The position numbers and the translations under genes were made by a program. A model generated the notes under the pieces. That model worked only from the letters and a program-made list of their open reading frames with translations, was not told the DNA's origin and searched no databases. This document shows, one piece after another, positions 1 to 11,506 of a stretch of DNA of 64,000 nt. Position 1 is the first letter of the stretch. Every line of letters starts with the position of its first letter. This stretch comes from Tubulanus polymorphus (lineage: Eukaryota > Animalia > Nemertea): NCBI RefSeq assembly GCF_964204645.1, contig NC_134030.1:1905355-1969354 (forward strand). The letters run 5' to 3'.

Positions 1-2332
1 CCGCGCTACTCTCCGTAGCCGCCGACGACGTCGACGGTTGCCCGGACGACGATTGTTGCTGGGCTGATTTTTGTTGTTGGGTAGCTTTTATCAGCTCGTC
101 CAAATTAACGACGTGTTGCCCGGTTACGAGGTGACCGGCGGCGCTGTGTTGTAATGTTTGTTGCAGTAAGCTGTTAGCCGCTGCTGCCGTATTTTGACCG
201 GTTCTCAGCTGAGAGAAGTCGACCTGTTTGGTCGGCATGTTGATAATCGCGAACGGCTGATTGTCCTCGTTGTAGATCGTGTGTTTTACGTGATGCGCGA
301 ATAAACCGCCAGGTGTCGCTGTAAGCGGTGTTGAGGTCGGCGTCATCTCGATGCCGGAGTCGGCGCCCTCGCTGCGGGTATGAGTATGCTCGATACGCGC
401 GATATTACGCAGCGGTTCCAGTTGAGACGCTTTACCTTTCATGATCGGTTGATCGGCGGCCGGGATGCTGAAATTCATCTGAGCCTGGAACGACGACGAC
501 GGGGTGGCTCCTGCGCTCTGATGACGCGGAGTCATCGGCGATACGAGTTCCGTGGAGGAACGTCCCGATTTCGGAGTACTCGCGCTCCACGACCGTCGAG
601 ACGGAGACGTTAACATACCGGCGTGCGGCATGTGCGGATGCGGAGAGATCGGCGTGAAAGTGGACGCGGAACTGCTACGATAGCTCAACGGAGACGATCC
701 GTGATGGGGAGAGATCGGAGTCTGCATCGGAGTCGGAGAATACGCCGGAGTTCCCGATCTGGAGTTGCCTAGCGATACTAACATGTTCGCCGCCTCTGTT
801 TCGTCGATATCGAATCGATCCATTCTCTGCATGCGCTGATGCTGTAACTCGTTCTCCTGCATGATCGCTGCATCGTCCCAATCTATCGATCCGTCTTTTA
901 AATCTTTCCGTCGTCCGGGGAACGACAGCGCCGCTCGTAAACTCTTACCCTTCAATGACAAATGTCTCGAACAATATCCGCGTCGTTGAGACTCTTTCGT
1001 ACATCCTTCTTTCGAACACAGGCGGCGCCACTGTTTACCGTTGAATTTTTTGCGTATTCCGTTGGGCGTTGAAACGACGTCGCCTTTTTTATATTTCTGC
1101 GCGGTAACCGGCGACCGAGGCGTCGACGCTCGACTCTCCGTCGACTGAGCGCTCTTACTACGCGCCGATTCGCGTTTTTTCGGGGGTTGTTTAGCTCCGC
1201 GGTTGTCTCCGACGGAGCGACCTCGCCCGGGCGTGATCGAGCCCGATCGCGAGGTACTCAAACCCTCGCTCGATTCGAACGATACCTCGTCCTGTTGGTC
1301 GTCCTCCGATTCGTCGTTGTTGCCGGCAGCGATCGCGTAACCGACGTGCGTCTGATACATATCGGACTGCATCATCGGCGGATTGATCACGTGACCGGCG
1401 GCGATAACAGGGGGTGCTGTAGCCGATATCGGCGTGTACGTCGACGCGTAAATCGGTAAACTAGTATCGGATAGAATCATCGAAGGAGGAGCTGAAGGAG
1501 GAGGGGGTGGTGGCGTCGGTAGAGTCGTGTAGGTTACAGCGGGTGGCGCAGCAGGGGTATGTTGAATCGGCGGAACGGACTCTAAATCGGCGTCGTCTAA
1601 ATCCTCGAACCACGGCGGTTGAAGCAGACGCACGTTAGCGCGACTCACCCAAACATCGGCCGCATTCGTCGAATTGTTCTTATCTGATAGAATAACGTGA
1701 TAAAGAGACGGAGCCGTCCTTTTCTCGATGATCTTACCCTCGTGAAATACCGACTCGTCCTGACTGATTCTAACGCACACTCGACACCCGATCTGTAACA
1801 TGGCCGCCAGCGGACTGTGATCGCTGATTACGTCCACGCTACGACTGTCGATCAGATCGTTATAATTCGCCGGTTTCTCTATGTCGTCGAACGAGACTTC
1901 TAAATCGCGATTGAATCGACATTGTTTAATGAATCCCGGGTAATACGCTGTATCTCGTTTAGCGAGGACGCGATGACCCTTCCAGTCGGATAACACGATA
2001 CAGAAACGATTTTCTTCCGTTTGTTGTTGTTCGTTTTCGAAATCGTTACCTTTTCGTTTTTTCGGAGGTTTAGCGATCGCTCGCGCCGCGCTCGGAGGAG
2101 TCCTCTCGTAGCCGGAGTCTTGACCCGGAGTCGTCGACATCTGAACGGCCGGTGAGTCTATTTTAGGCGGAGAAGGGGTGCTAGGTTGTTCGGCGTCATA
2201 TCCCGACTGTTCAGTAGAACCGAGGGGTGGTGGGTTGTCGGTGATATGTCCCGGGTTAGTCTGTTTACGGTTTGATTTTACCGGTTTCACAGACATTTCG
2301 CACTGAGTTTTTGTAAATCCAGTTTGAAACAT
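1..2332 (-). CDS. CIC: Capicua long isoform (CIC-L), large first coding exon; partial, continues beyond the left edge (HMG box and C1 domain not in window)
   Basis: Frame from ATG 2332 (in-frame TGA 15 nt upstream; second Met at 2296) has no stop in the stretches I translated. It encodes [32 protein letters not shown] (Tudor-like region ~1605-2000), [47 protein letters not shown] (~950-1100) and [19 protein letters not shown], which are motifs I recognise from the CIC-L N-terminus. Acceptor TTTTGTTCAG; exon begins at 2373. Confidence 0.9.
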   Translation of the reverse strand, partial: MFQTGFTKTQCEMSVKPVKSNRKQTNPGHITDNPPPLGSTEQSGYDAEQPSTPSPPKIDSPAVQMSTTPGQDSGYERTPPSAARAIAKPPKKRKGNDFENEQQQTEENRFCIVLSDWKGHRVLAKRDTAYYPGFIKQCRFNRDLEVSFDDIEKPANYNDLIDSRSVDVISDHSPLAAMLQIGCRVCVRISQDESVFHEGKIIEKRTAPSLYHVILSDKNNSTNAADVWVSRANVRLLQPPWFEDLDDADLESVPPIQHTPAAPPAVTYTTLPTPPPPPPSAPPSMILSDTSLPIYASTYTPISATAPPVIAAGHVINPPMMQSDMYQTHVGYAIAAGNNDESEDDQQDEVSFESSEGLSTSRSGSITPGRGRSVGDNRGAKQPPKKRESARSKSAQSTESRASTPRSPVTAQKYKKGDVVSTPNGIRKKFNGKQWRRLCSKEGCTKESQRRGYCSRHLSLKGKSLRAALSFPGRRKDLKDGSIDWDDAAIMQENELQHQRMQRMDRFDIDETEAANMLVSLGNSRSGTPAYSPTPMQTPISPHHGSSPLSYRSSSASTFTPISPHPHMPHAGMLTSPSRRSWSASTPKSGRSSTELVSPMTPRHQSAGATPSSSFQAQMNFSIPAADQPIMKGKASQLEPLRNIARIEHTHTRSEGADSGIEMTPTSTPLTATPGGLFAHHVKHTIYNEDNQPFAIINMPTKQVDFSQLRTGQNTAAAANSLLQQTLQHSAAGHLVTGQHVVNLDELIKATQQQKSAQQQSSSGQPSTSSAATESSA

Positions 2333-3901
2333 TGATAATTCATGACGTCATTCAGTCATAAATAATACGTTCCCTGAACAAAAGAAAAACACAATTCTAG
2401 ATTAAGACATGGAAATCATTTAGTCCTACAATGACCAATTCTATAGTTCTGATATAGGGAAAAATGCTGTTGAAGCTTTTTTAGTTGTGATCATGATCAT
2501 TTTGTTTTTGACATATTCAAATGGAGACCTAACCTTTGTGAATTAAATTAGAAAGTACAAATTCGAGCACAAAATAGAGATGACTTCAGTAATGTGACGA
2601 TTTATCCAAATGATGACTTACACTTAGTAAATTGAATTAGAAATACAAATTGGAACTCAAAAATAGTGACAACTTGAGTCACATGACGACTTATCCAAAT
2701 GTTGATTTAAAGGCTACTTAGCCTATTTACAAATTGTGACTAAAAACAAGGACAACATAGTGACGACATAGGCTGTCTAATTATTTGACACGTACGGCTT
2801 GTATCAATAAGGATCCAATCCCACAGTTCGCGATTAACTTTAAAGTAAAAAGATAACCCAAATCCTAACAAAATGGGTAGACAACCACAATTGTGAAACC
2901 AAAAGATTGTAAAAACAGATTCATACTATTTCAACATAGGCCTATCCATAACAATGACATGTTTGTTAATTAGTCATGATGAAAGGGAAATGCGCAGACA
3001 GCATGAGTTGAACAAGTCCATCATTATAAAGGATTTCCAGTAGTTTTCCTAGTACAGTGTAGTAGGCTTTTTACAACCACACACTACACAGTACCGGAAT
3101 AATCTTACAATTAGTCACAACAACGTGAAAAGGTCAAGTTGTAAAAAACCTACGCAAAATTCACCTCATCGCAGCCATCTCTGCGGGGAAAATGCAGCCC
3201 AGTTAGGCTTGTTACCAACACTTGAATGAGTGAAAATTAATCAAATTAGATTAAAGACTCGAACAATGCCGAGGAATGGTAATACAACCTGACTGAAACT
3301 TGAAACTATCGACATTTGTGAAGACAGACACGTAACATGAAAGACCATCAGGTCACTTATAGTGGTCAAATGCATCCATTTAACAGGTTTAAACTTACAG
3401 AAATCAGTTGAATAGTTAATCTAGATATCCCATAGAGCATGCTTTCATTGATAAGTTGCAGATATCGCCGCGATTTAACACGTTTTGGCGACGTTTTAAA
3501 CACGATTACTGCTGAAATTTACGATTCCCAATTTTTTTTACGATTGCATAGAAAACCAGGCACCACCCGTATTTGCCAAGGTGAAAAGACGAATAAATTA
3601 TAATTCACGTAGCTTTTCAAATAACGGATTCCACAAAATTTAAGACCAGTTCTAAAGTTAAGTCATTTTAGAAAGTAATATAGACCGATATTAAGGCAAA
3701 ATACCCAAAAATAAAGATATTAGAAATGTTGGTTGGACCGGGTGAAAATTTTAATTTTAGTCCCTACCACCCGTCCAGACATTACAACAATGAGCTGCGA
3801 TATTGAGATAGATCTCGAATATTCGCGTTTCTCGTTACTACCAAAATTGCGTAAAAAATTCAAAATCCCCCAATAACCTGCTTAAAATCAAAAACATTTA
3901 C

Positions 3902-3985
3902 CTTAAGTCCGGTTTCAGGGGATCGGAAACATCGGTCAGTATTGCCGTAGATCCCCTTTCGTTTCTAGAAAATAGGTGAATGAAT
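3902..3985 (-). other. CIC: Putative non-coding first exon of CIC (5' UTR)
   Basis: Donor CTTAAG|GTAAAT at 3902/3901; Inr-like TCAATTCATTC near 3975-3990; lies directly downstream of a CCAAT/E-box cluster. TSS position is approximate. Confidence 0.55.
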
Positions 3986-3989
3986 TGAT

Positions 3990-4130
3990 ACTGCTCTACG
4001 CGAGCACCTTGATTGGTCGAGCCACTAGTCACGTGACCTTCATAGAAATTTTCTCGCTCGACGATTGGTCGGATATCACGTGGGTCATTTAGTCAATCGG
4101 TGGCCAAAACAAGGGTCTGCTATTGCATAA
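3990..4130 (-). promoter_or_regulatory. CIC proximal promoter: CCAAT boxes and E-boxes
   Basis: GATTGGTC at ~4011 and ~4063, palindromic GTCACGTGAC at 4028-4037, CACGTG at ~4077, locally CpG-rich. Confidence 0.55.
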
Positions 4131-6657
4131 ATTGTCAAAAAGCATCAAAATCGCAATTGCAACTTTTGATAAAACAAGTGCACGAATTCTATCGTAGGAT
4201 TTTTCATCCCGTGCACGTTCGCAAGTTGACGATTTATTCGGTTTAATACTCAAATAAAGCTGTGAAAATTGTAAAATTTTTATTAGCAGACACGTCATAT
4301 CTAGGTACGGACCAATGAGAGCGCGGCTTACTGGCGTGTAGAAGGTTACTATGAGCGACTATCGTGTATACTAGGGTAGATTGCGTATTTCTGTAGTAAA
4401 CCTCACTCTAGTACATATCATTAACATAATATATGTACAACAGCATGGCGCTGGTGCTGAAAATTACGATGACACTAAGATATATTTTCTACGTCGAATA
4501 TAATTCGTGTTGTAGGGCCTACATTTGAGATAAAACAGGGACCCGAATTACGAATGACTATCGAATTAAAAATCGGCTCTTCTCAATCCAAGAGGCGCAG
4601 GGCCCCGCGACAGAGGTGATGGACGTCACGTCGTGAACCGTACGGCAATATAGTGACATTGTATCTACAACGCCAAGTCTTTATTCATCGCGAAATTTGA
4701 AATCGAACATTAGAAACGTCACATTTAGTAACATTGATTCTCCCTTAGTGCCAGTGTCAGTTTCCCACCGAGTTGACTGGCGACCCCGGAGTGAACCCAG
4801 TGCACGGGCTTTAAGAAATTAAAAAAATGTTTAATAATATCGGAATCATTTCTATTTGGAAGTGGCTTTTAAAGTTTTTGAGAGAATAACCTTATTCAAT
4901 AAATCATTTGATGCCGGGCAATTAACACGGTACGGCTGAATCGACCGGCCGTAAAAATAGCGAAAGCCGCGTGTCAATCGTCTAGTGCTGCCCGTATGCA
5001 TAAATATAGCGGGAAAGACTTGAACTAATATGTTCTACTGTGGCATGCCAGGGGTACTGATACGTAAGTCATAGTTCCAGTCATCAGCCAACACTAGTTT
5101 GTTTTAAATGAAAAGTCGTAACGAACGAGAAATTCGTAACGACGTTTTCATTTAAGGGGAATCTGCATTCGTAAACGATTTTCAAGCCCCATGTTAAATA
5201 GAACTCCTTGCACAGCGAATGAATTAGCATCCGGTGAAGCGGCAGATTCACATGCCAAAGGAAGAATTCAAAGCAAATAAAACTTTATTCCTAAAGATTT
5301 TCAAACCATTAAATATACAAATCAATATTCTACTAACACAGTTCTTTATTTGCACTCCGGATCTTACGGGACAAATAAATTTCACTCACGTCATTCATGC
5401 ACTAGGATAAGTGAATTGCCCACAAGTGATGCGCACTTGGCTTGGCCTAATATTCAAATGGCTAATAAACTGAATACTAGTTTCCTGTGCTTGTTATCAC
5501 CCAAGGAGGCCAAAACCTCCCACAGAATTTTTATAAACTAAGACATTCAAATTGTTGTTGCTATCTTATCTTTATTTCAATTGTACACATTTACACAATA
5601 GATATTGTAATGTTATAGTATTCCACAGAAATATATCTATATTTACAAATCTGAGACGACTTTCCGAGATATTCACTAAAGTTATTAAAATTCATAAGAT
5701 ACCATAATTTATTTATATACATTAAGAACCTTTATAATATTCAAAAGTACTTCCTGAAAAAGAAAATAATCCTGAAATCTAAATCAATTAAGTCACTGAT
5801 TGCAACAAAGGTCTCTACAGTTACAAATACATACTAAGTATACAATGGAAATATAAAGTAACAAAAAATAAATATGATTATAATTCGTCATTAGATACAG
5901 TTATGTACATTGTTTCAACGTGTTAGAAATTGTAAACAGTTTAAAATAAATAAATTATACAGCCATGAAATATTGCATGATTTTATTAACTACAATGAGC
6001 GATGTCGTTTCTATTAATTCCACAATGGAGGAGCGAGGGCGTACTGGATCGACAAACCAGCAGCAAAAACAATTTTAAGTATTACATCCACAGCCGGTTC
6101 TTTCTTAGAATCTATTCGACATAAGAACAGTTAAATATCTGAAGTGAAGTAATACATCATTGATAACTGTAAAAGGATTGACCAGAAAATCAATACGAAG
6201 TCAAGCTGTTTCTTAGCTATACGTGTCATACACATTCTTCCTTGAAGAGAGATTTCATCAGAGATTAAGTGTAGTTTACAGTGTGTGGATAGTAGCAGGA
6301 CCGATCGGATACTTAAAAACTGAATTTGGTCCTTTCCAGCATTCGCGCTGGCCAAAATTCTGGATATGGACCAAATTAGAACTGACCAACTACTGATAGT
6401 GTGAACGCATTTCAAAGAGATATTTCACTCAAAAATGATTGAAATGAAAAAATAAAACTAGAAATTCATATCGCGCTCATGTACCAACCAGACTGAAAAC
6501 ATGGAATATTAAGGGACATTTTTAAATCTCAAAATGTGACGTAATAAAGAGCAAAATTTTACAATTGTTTACTGAAGAGGAAAAGTCATAGGGTTCATTC
6601 ATAAAGTTTCTAAGTTCTTTATTTTCAACCTTCCAATTCAATTTCAAGTATTATATA

Positions 6658-7125
6658 CAGAAAAACTCACTTAACCCTTTCAGTGCGTCTACACCGCGGT
6701 GCGGTGTATAAATCAGTGATGATTTTTGCTAGTACACCGCACTGCGGTGTATTGATGTAATTAGTAATTTGTAATTATCTCTATTGAAAAATGGCAGCAA
6801 GTGTCAAACATAGTGAAATACTAGTAACTAACGATACACCGCACTGCGGTGTAGACGCACTATAGTGGTATTCCCATTGTTCAACACACTAGGGTGGAAT
6901 TTTTTAGAATTTTCAAATTTTCTCCAGCACTATAGGGTATTAATTAGTCAGCGCTGAAAGGGTTAATTCAGATCACCGGGGACAGGAAAATTTTGTCCGA
7001 ATTAAACGAAATCCGAATTATGTGCTCTCATTTGAAAAGAAATAACCAATAAAGGACTAGAATCTTAGTCCGAAATATGTGAAAATCCACAAATAAAACC
7101 GATCCGAATTAAACGAGTTTTACTG
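6658..7125. mobile_element. Tc1/mariner (pogo-like) MITE, interrupted in its left TIR by a piggyBac-type MITE
   Basis: TA|CAGAAAAACTCACTTAA..TTCAGATC at the left end versus GATCCGAATTAAACGAGTTTTACTG|TA at the right end; TA TSD. Confidence 0.7.
6675..6962. mobile_element. piggyBac-type MITE, copy 1
   Basis: TTAA|CCCTTTCAGTGC...GCGCTGAAAGGG|TTAA; TTAA TSD; similar second copy at 54657-54922. Confidence 0.85.
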
Positions 7126-7189
7126 TATGTTATCAAGGGAGAAATGGGGATAATTTTGGGTCCCTCACCTCCCACCATGTATGTATATG

Positions 7190-7430
7190 CAGGGTCGATC
7201 TAAGCACTTGTCCGATTACATGGGACACTCTCATCAGGGAAAGTAGGTTATCATTATCACTTATCCCCTGGGCTAGTGCAATTTTACGTCACAAAGCTTT
7301 TTTCCCACTCGATACAACGGATGATAGTGCCACTGCCTGTGTAGGGCAAGTAGCTTTTGGAGGGGGCAAGCAAAACTTCAGATATGCTTGCCCCGAGGCA
7401 AGTGGCTTTCATTCCTTAGATCGGACCCTG
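7190..7430. mobile_element. MITE with CAGGGTC termini (hAT-like)
   Basis: CAGGGTCGATCTAAG ... CTTAGATCGGACCCTG; no clean TSD. Confidence 0.6.
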
Positions 7431-7627
7431 GTGTATTCTATGAACTGCTCCTTATGAAAAACACTTCGAAATCACCATAAAATAGAAACAATGAATACAT
7501 TCATGTAGCCGAATAAAAACTGTTTCGTTTTGAGCTAAATTTGTGTACACTTTATATTTGTCTATTAAACTAGATTATAGTGTACAGCTACATCACTACA
7601 TATATAGACAGTAGTCTAGCTGTCGTA

Positions 7628-10600
7628 CTATGTGCTGCTGTTGCTGCTAGATGGCGCTTCCGTCGACGAGTTTAAAAGTTCGAGCCATCGTTTTTCGAAT
7701 AGTTTCCGTAAAGCGTGACCGGCCTGACCGACTTCGGATTCATCTTCGTTGAATTTCTCGCAATTGTCGAACACGAGACGAACATCGGCGGCGAATTCAG
7801 CACGAGACGTGTAACTATAGAGATATACAACAATGAGGAAATCAGAGAGAGTTCGAACGTACGGAAAATTCATAAAGCTGATAACGTTATAAACCTTATT
7901 TTCTAAAAATTATTAACCTTTCGGGATTACCCCTCATCAGGTGAGGGGTTACCCCTCATCAGGTGAGGTGATATCCCCTCATCAAGTGAAATATAAGTAA
8001 GTCAAATGCAACAAAATATAAAATTCAAGTACAGAAATCGAATAAACAATATGGATCACCTATGAGAGAGGACATCATCAAAATAGCATTTTCATTGAAA
8101 ATGAACTAGAAATTATTCTGATTTTGATAGTATTTTCATTTTAGGGAGTAGTCGAGCTCTTAAGTATAGCAGACACTACTCTCAAATAGTAATAAGGTCT
8201 ATTGTACATGTCAAATACTTTCTTTTCCACCACAATCTGGATCTAACTAGTCTAGACTTAAGCTTTAAAACTAAGCGAGCTAGAAACATCAAGTTTAAAC
8301 TGGGCATATAAAATGAATATTTTGATTTTGATCGTCTCAATTTCTCAATAGATATTCTGTTTTCAGCGCCACCTACCTGTTATCCCTGAGTTTATTAGAA
8401 ATTGTACGTAAATCCATCGGATGTTTGATGAATCGTTTATATTGCGGGAATTGTTTCGTATTTACGGGAGCTCGGAATGGCCATGCTTGATCATGAGCTT
8501 CGAGATCTGACAACACTGACCTAGAAATTAATTATACACATTTTTTTACGATTCAGTAGAAAGTTTTGAGTCACATGTTTAACAATATTCGGTAACAGAT
8601 TTGAGGGAAGTAATTAGTGGCAGCACGGTGACCACTTTCCATCTCCTGAGTTGGCCTGATTATTTCATGTGAATACACAAAATTTCCTGAGTGAATCAGA
8701 GAAATTCTAGGTTAAAATGTTTATAATTCATTCATTTTTCATTGAATCAAGTACTTGAGGTCAATAGCATTTTCTGATTTCCTTGCAGGCTTTTGGTAAA
8801 ATTTATCAAATTGAGTTTCCCTGATTTTTTTCTTGATTTCTATTCTTGATTCCCCGAGTTTTCCTGAGCTTTTGGTAAAATTTGTCAAATTCCCAGAGCC
8901 TTCCCTGATTTTTGTGAATCCCTGAGTTTTCTAGGATTTCCAGGTCAGTGACCACCCTCGTCAGGTTTTTGATCCGACCTATTCAACCAATGTTTCCACT
9001 CACTTGCAAGGCGTCATATCATCGGATAATTCAGTTTTTAAAACTTCACGTTTTGCCCGTTTTTCTGGAATGTCGTTGTCTTCATCTGGTTTTTTTTCGA
9101 GTTTGATTTCTTTCAGAATTTTACTACTTCGCCTCCGGCGTGGTTTTATTTTCAGTAAAGCACACGACGCACATTGCCATTTCCTCGGAATTCTGAATTC
9201 GATAAATGAAAACATGGTAAGTAATTAAAACAGAATCAGAATATGAACCAACTTAAGAGTTTAGAAGAGTTTTATGTCCCAACTGCGAGTAACAGTGTAA
9301 CCCTAGTGGGTCTTAAGAGACGACCAGGGCTGACTAAGTGACGACTAAACCTGACTAAGGGATCATTCATTTATTACATACGCATGAAATTTGACTTTTT
9401 CTACCCCCTCTACGCAAAATCAACCATTTTTTCATATACATTAAGCATTTCAGTACGCCATTGCACTGACCCTCCCCCCTAATGTGTACATCATAAATAA
9501 ATGGTCCCTAAGTCAGCAGGGCTTAGTCCATGCATGTGTCTCGACAGTCAACTCCAGAGGTGGTTTCGAACTAGGGACCTCTTGGATCCCAGTCCTCCAC
9601 TCAACCAACTGAGCTAACTGCACAGGACTGTTCAACACAAATCATCACAATGCACCATCTCAGCATGGAGCAGACTGCGTTTACCTTAGATCTCGTGGGA
9701 TCTTTTTTTTCTTTTTAATATTCATGGACACTTTATGTTTACAAATACCGTACATACACAAGTTAAAAATACAATGAATTGATTGACTGTCTCACGTTTT
9801 ACAGAACATTTTATGAGATTCTCAACAAATGTTCTCCTTGTACAATCATTGTGTTTACCTATTACAGATAATCTGGGCGTGGTCGTATCGAATCGGATGC
9901 GGTAAGGCTGTATGTAATGGTAACATCATTCACGTGTGTAACTATCAGTCGACAAGTCAATAAATTAGACAAAATACAATGACGTGTCACGGAGTCACGT
10001 GATAATCTGAGGCAATCAACGCTCCGGGGTAAACACAGTCTACTATATCAACTTGTCGAGTCAGATCCAGTGTAGATTTTGAGAATGTTTCGGTGTTTTG
10101 ATAGAGGTATATATTAATTACCGTGGTAATGGTGGCGTTAGACAATCGATATGGAACGCTCGCGGACAGTCGTCGCACTGCGCCATTCTACCGTTCTTCT
10201 TACCGCATACAACGCAATGTGGTGCACCAGTTACCTGCGTTAAACATTCGTAACAATACCATTCACCATCGGGTATCGCGTCCATACGAGGCTGAAATTG
10301 AGGGTATACATCAGTTTTATCGATATATCAATATATTGACTTAATCACCAAGATCCAGTTCCACAGTTGCGAATTAAGATTTGACTCAGAGTTAACTCAT
10401 CGAAAATGAATTGATTTTAACTCAGAGTTAACACTAACTCACGACTGTGGAACTGGCCCCAACTTATCTTATCAATTACCGCATCAGGGACTAAAATAAA
10501 ACTATTTTTAGAGACGCATTAAGGGAAATTGAAGAATTAGAACAATCTTTATAAGAGGGACAGTAGAAAATTGTGTCAGGGGCTGCAATAGTTTTTTCAA

Positions 10601-11506
10601 TAGCATCAAAAAACACCCCCAAGGACTGTCAATCAGGGACAGTTGGCAGCTCTGATAGTGCTCAGAGTTCAGATTTGACTCCGAGTTAACTCATTGTAAA
10701 TGAACTGTTGACTGGTGTCTTGACTGACAACTGAATGAGTAGTTAAATTGAGCTTAGACTTGTCTTAAGTTGTTTGATTGGTTATAGAACATAAGATGAG
10801 TTCAGATTGGTCATTAGATTGTTAGATTCATACCGATAATATACGGAGGAAAAGGAATCTAACAATCTAATGACCAATCTGAACTCATCTTCTTATGTTC
10901 TATAGCCCAATCAAACAACTTAAGACAAGTCTAAGCTCAATTTAACTATTCATTTAGTTGTCAGTCAACTCACCAGTCAACAGTTCATTTACAATGAGTT
11001 AACTCTAGAGTCAAATCTGAACTCTGAGCACTATCAGAGCTGCCAACTGGCCGCCTTTATCGGTATGATGATCAGTTACGCGCGTGGTAATCCATTAGGG
11101 GATATTCCAAATTCGTATTCCATTAAGCAAGCTTTGGCTTTGATCATAAATCTAAAGCGTTGATTGTACAACTGGGGATTAAAAAGATTTTTCCAAAAAG
11201 ATGAAAGCGATAAAAGGAAGACATACCTTGAAGCAGTAAGTGTGATAACCTTTATCACATCCATCACACAGTAACAACTCAGCTTCATTATCGTCTTTCA
11301 CACAGATCTGACAGATCACTTTCATGATTGATTTCTCCCACGCGATCGCGCAGTTCAACTGAATCAAACACAGTTGTAGCTGCGCGGCTGTAACGCATTT
11401 ACGAGAAGCGTTTCGCCAGTTTATCAAACCAGGTGGCGCATCTTCCTCGTGATCGCCGCCGGAGTTGTCGCGACTGCCGAGAACGGTCGGAAGATTTAAC
11501 GTTACG
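7628..11506 (-). CDS. BAZ2B: BAZ2B C-terminal PHD1-PHD2-bromodomain exons
   Basis: CQICVKDDNEAELLLCDGCDKGYHTYCFK-PRMDAIPDGEWYCYEC; CVVCGKKNGRMAQCDDCPRAFHIDCLTPPLPR-IPRKWQCASC; AWPFRAPVN..HPMDL..FAADVRLVFDNCEKFNED. Confidence 0.93.

Larger units (their letters stand above)
5265..7627 (-). other. BAZ2B: Putative BAZ2B 3' UTR with candidate AATAAA signals (minus strand) at ~5572, 5345 and 5284
   Basis: AT-rich stretch downstream of the TAG with several TTTATT on the plus strand. The signal actually used is unknown. Confidence 0.4.

Noticed and set aside
380-1459. Short ORFs listed at 380, 675 and 1187
   Set aside because: Shadows of the CIC exon; the true frame is missing from the track, apparently because it has no stop in the window.
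5104-5155. 52-nt hairpin as a miRNA precursor
   Set aside because: Nothing beyond the fold supports it, and short palindromes here mostly belong to MITEs.
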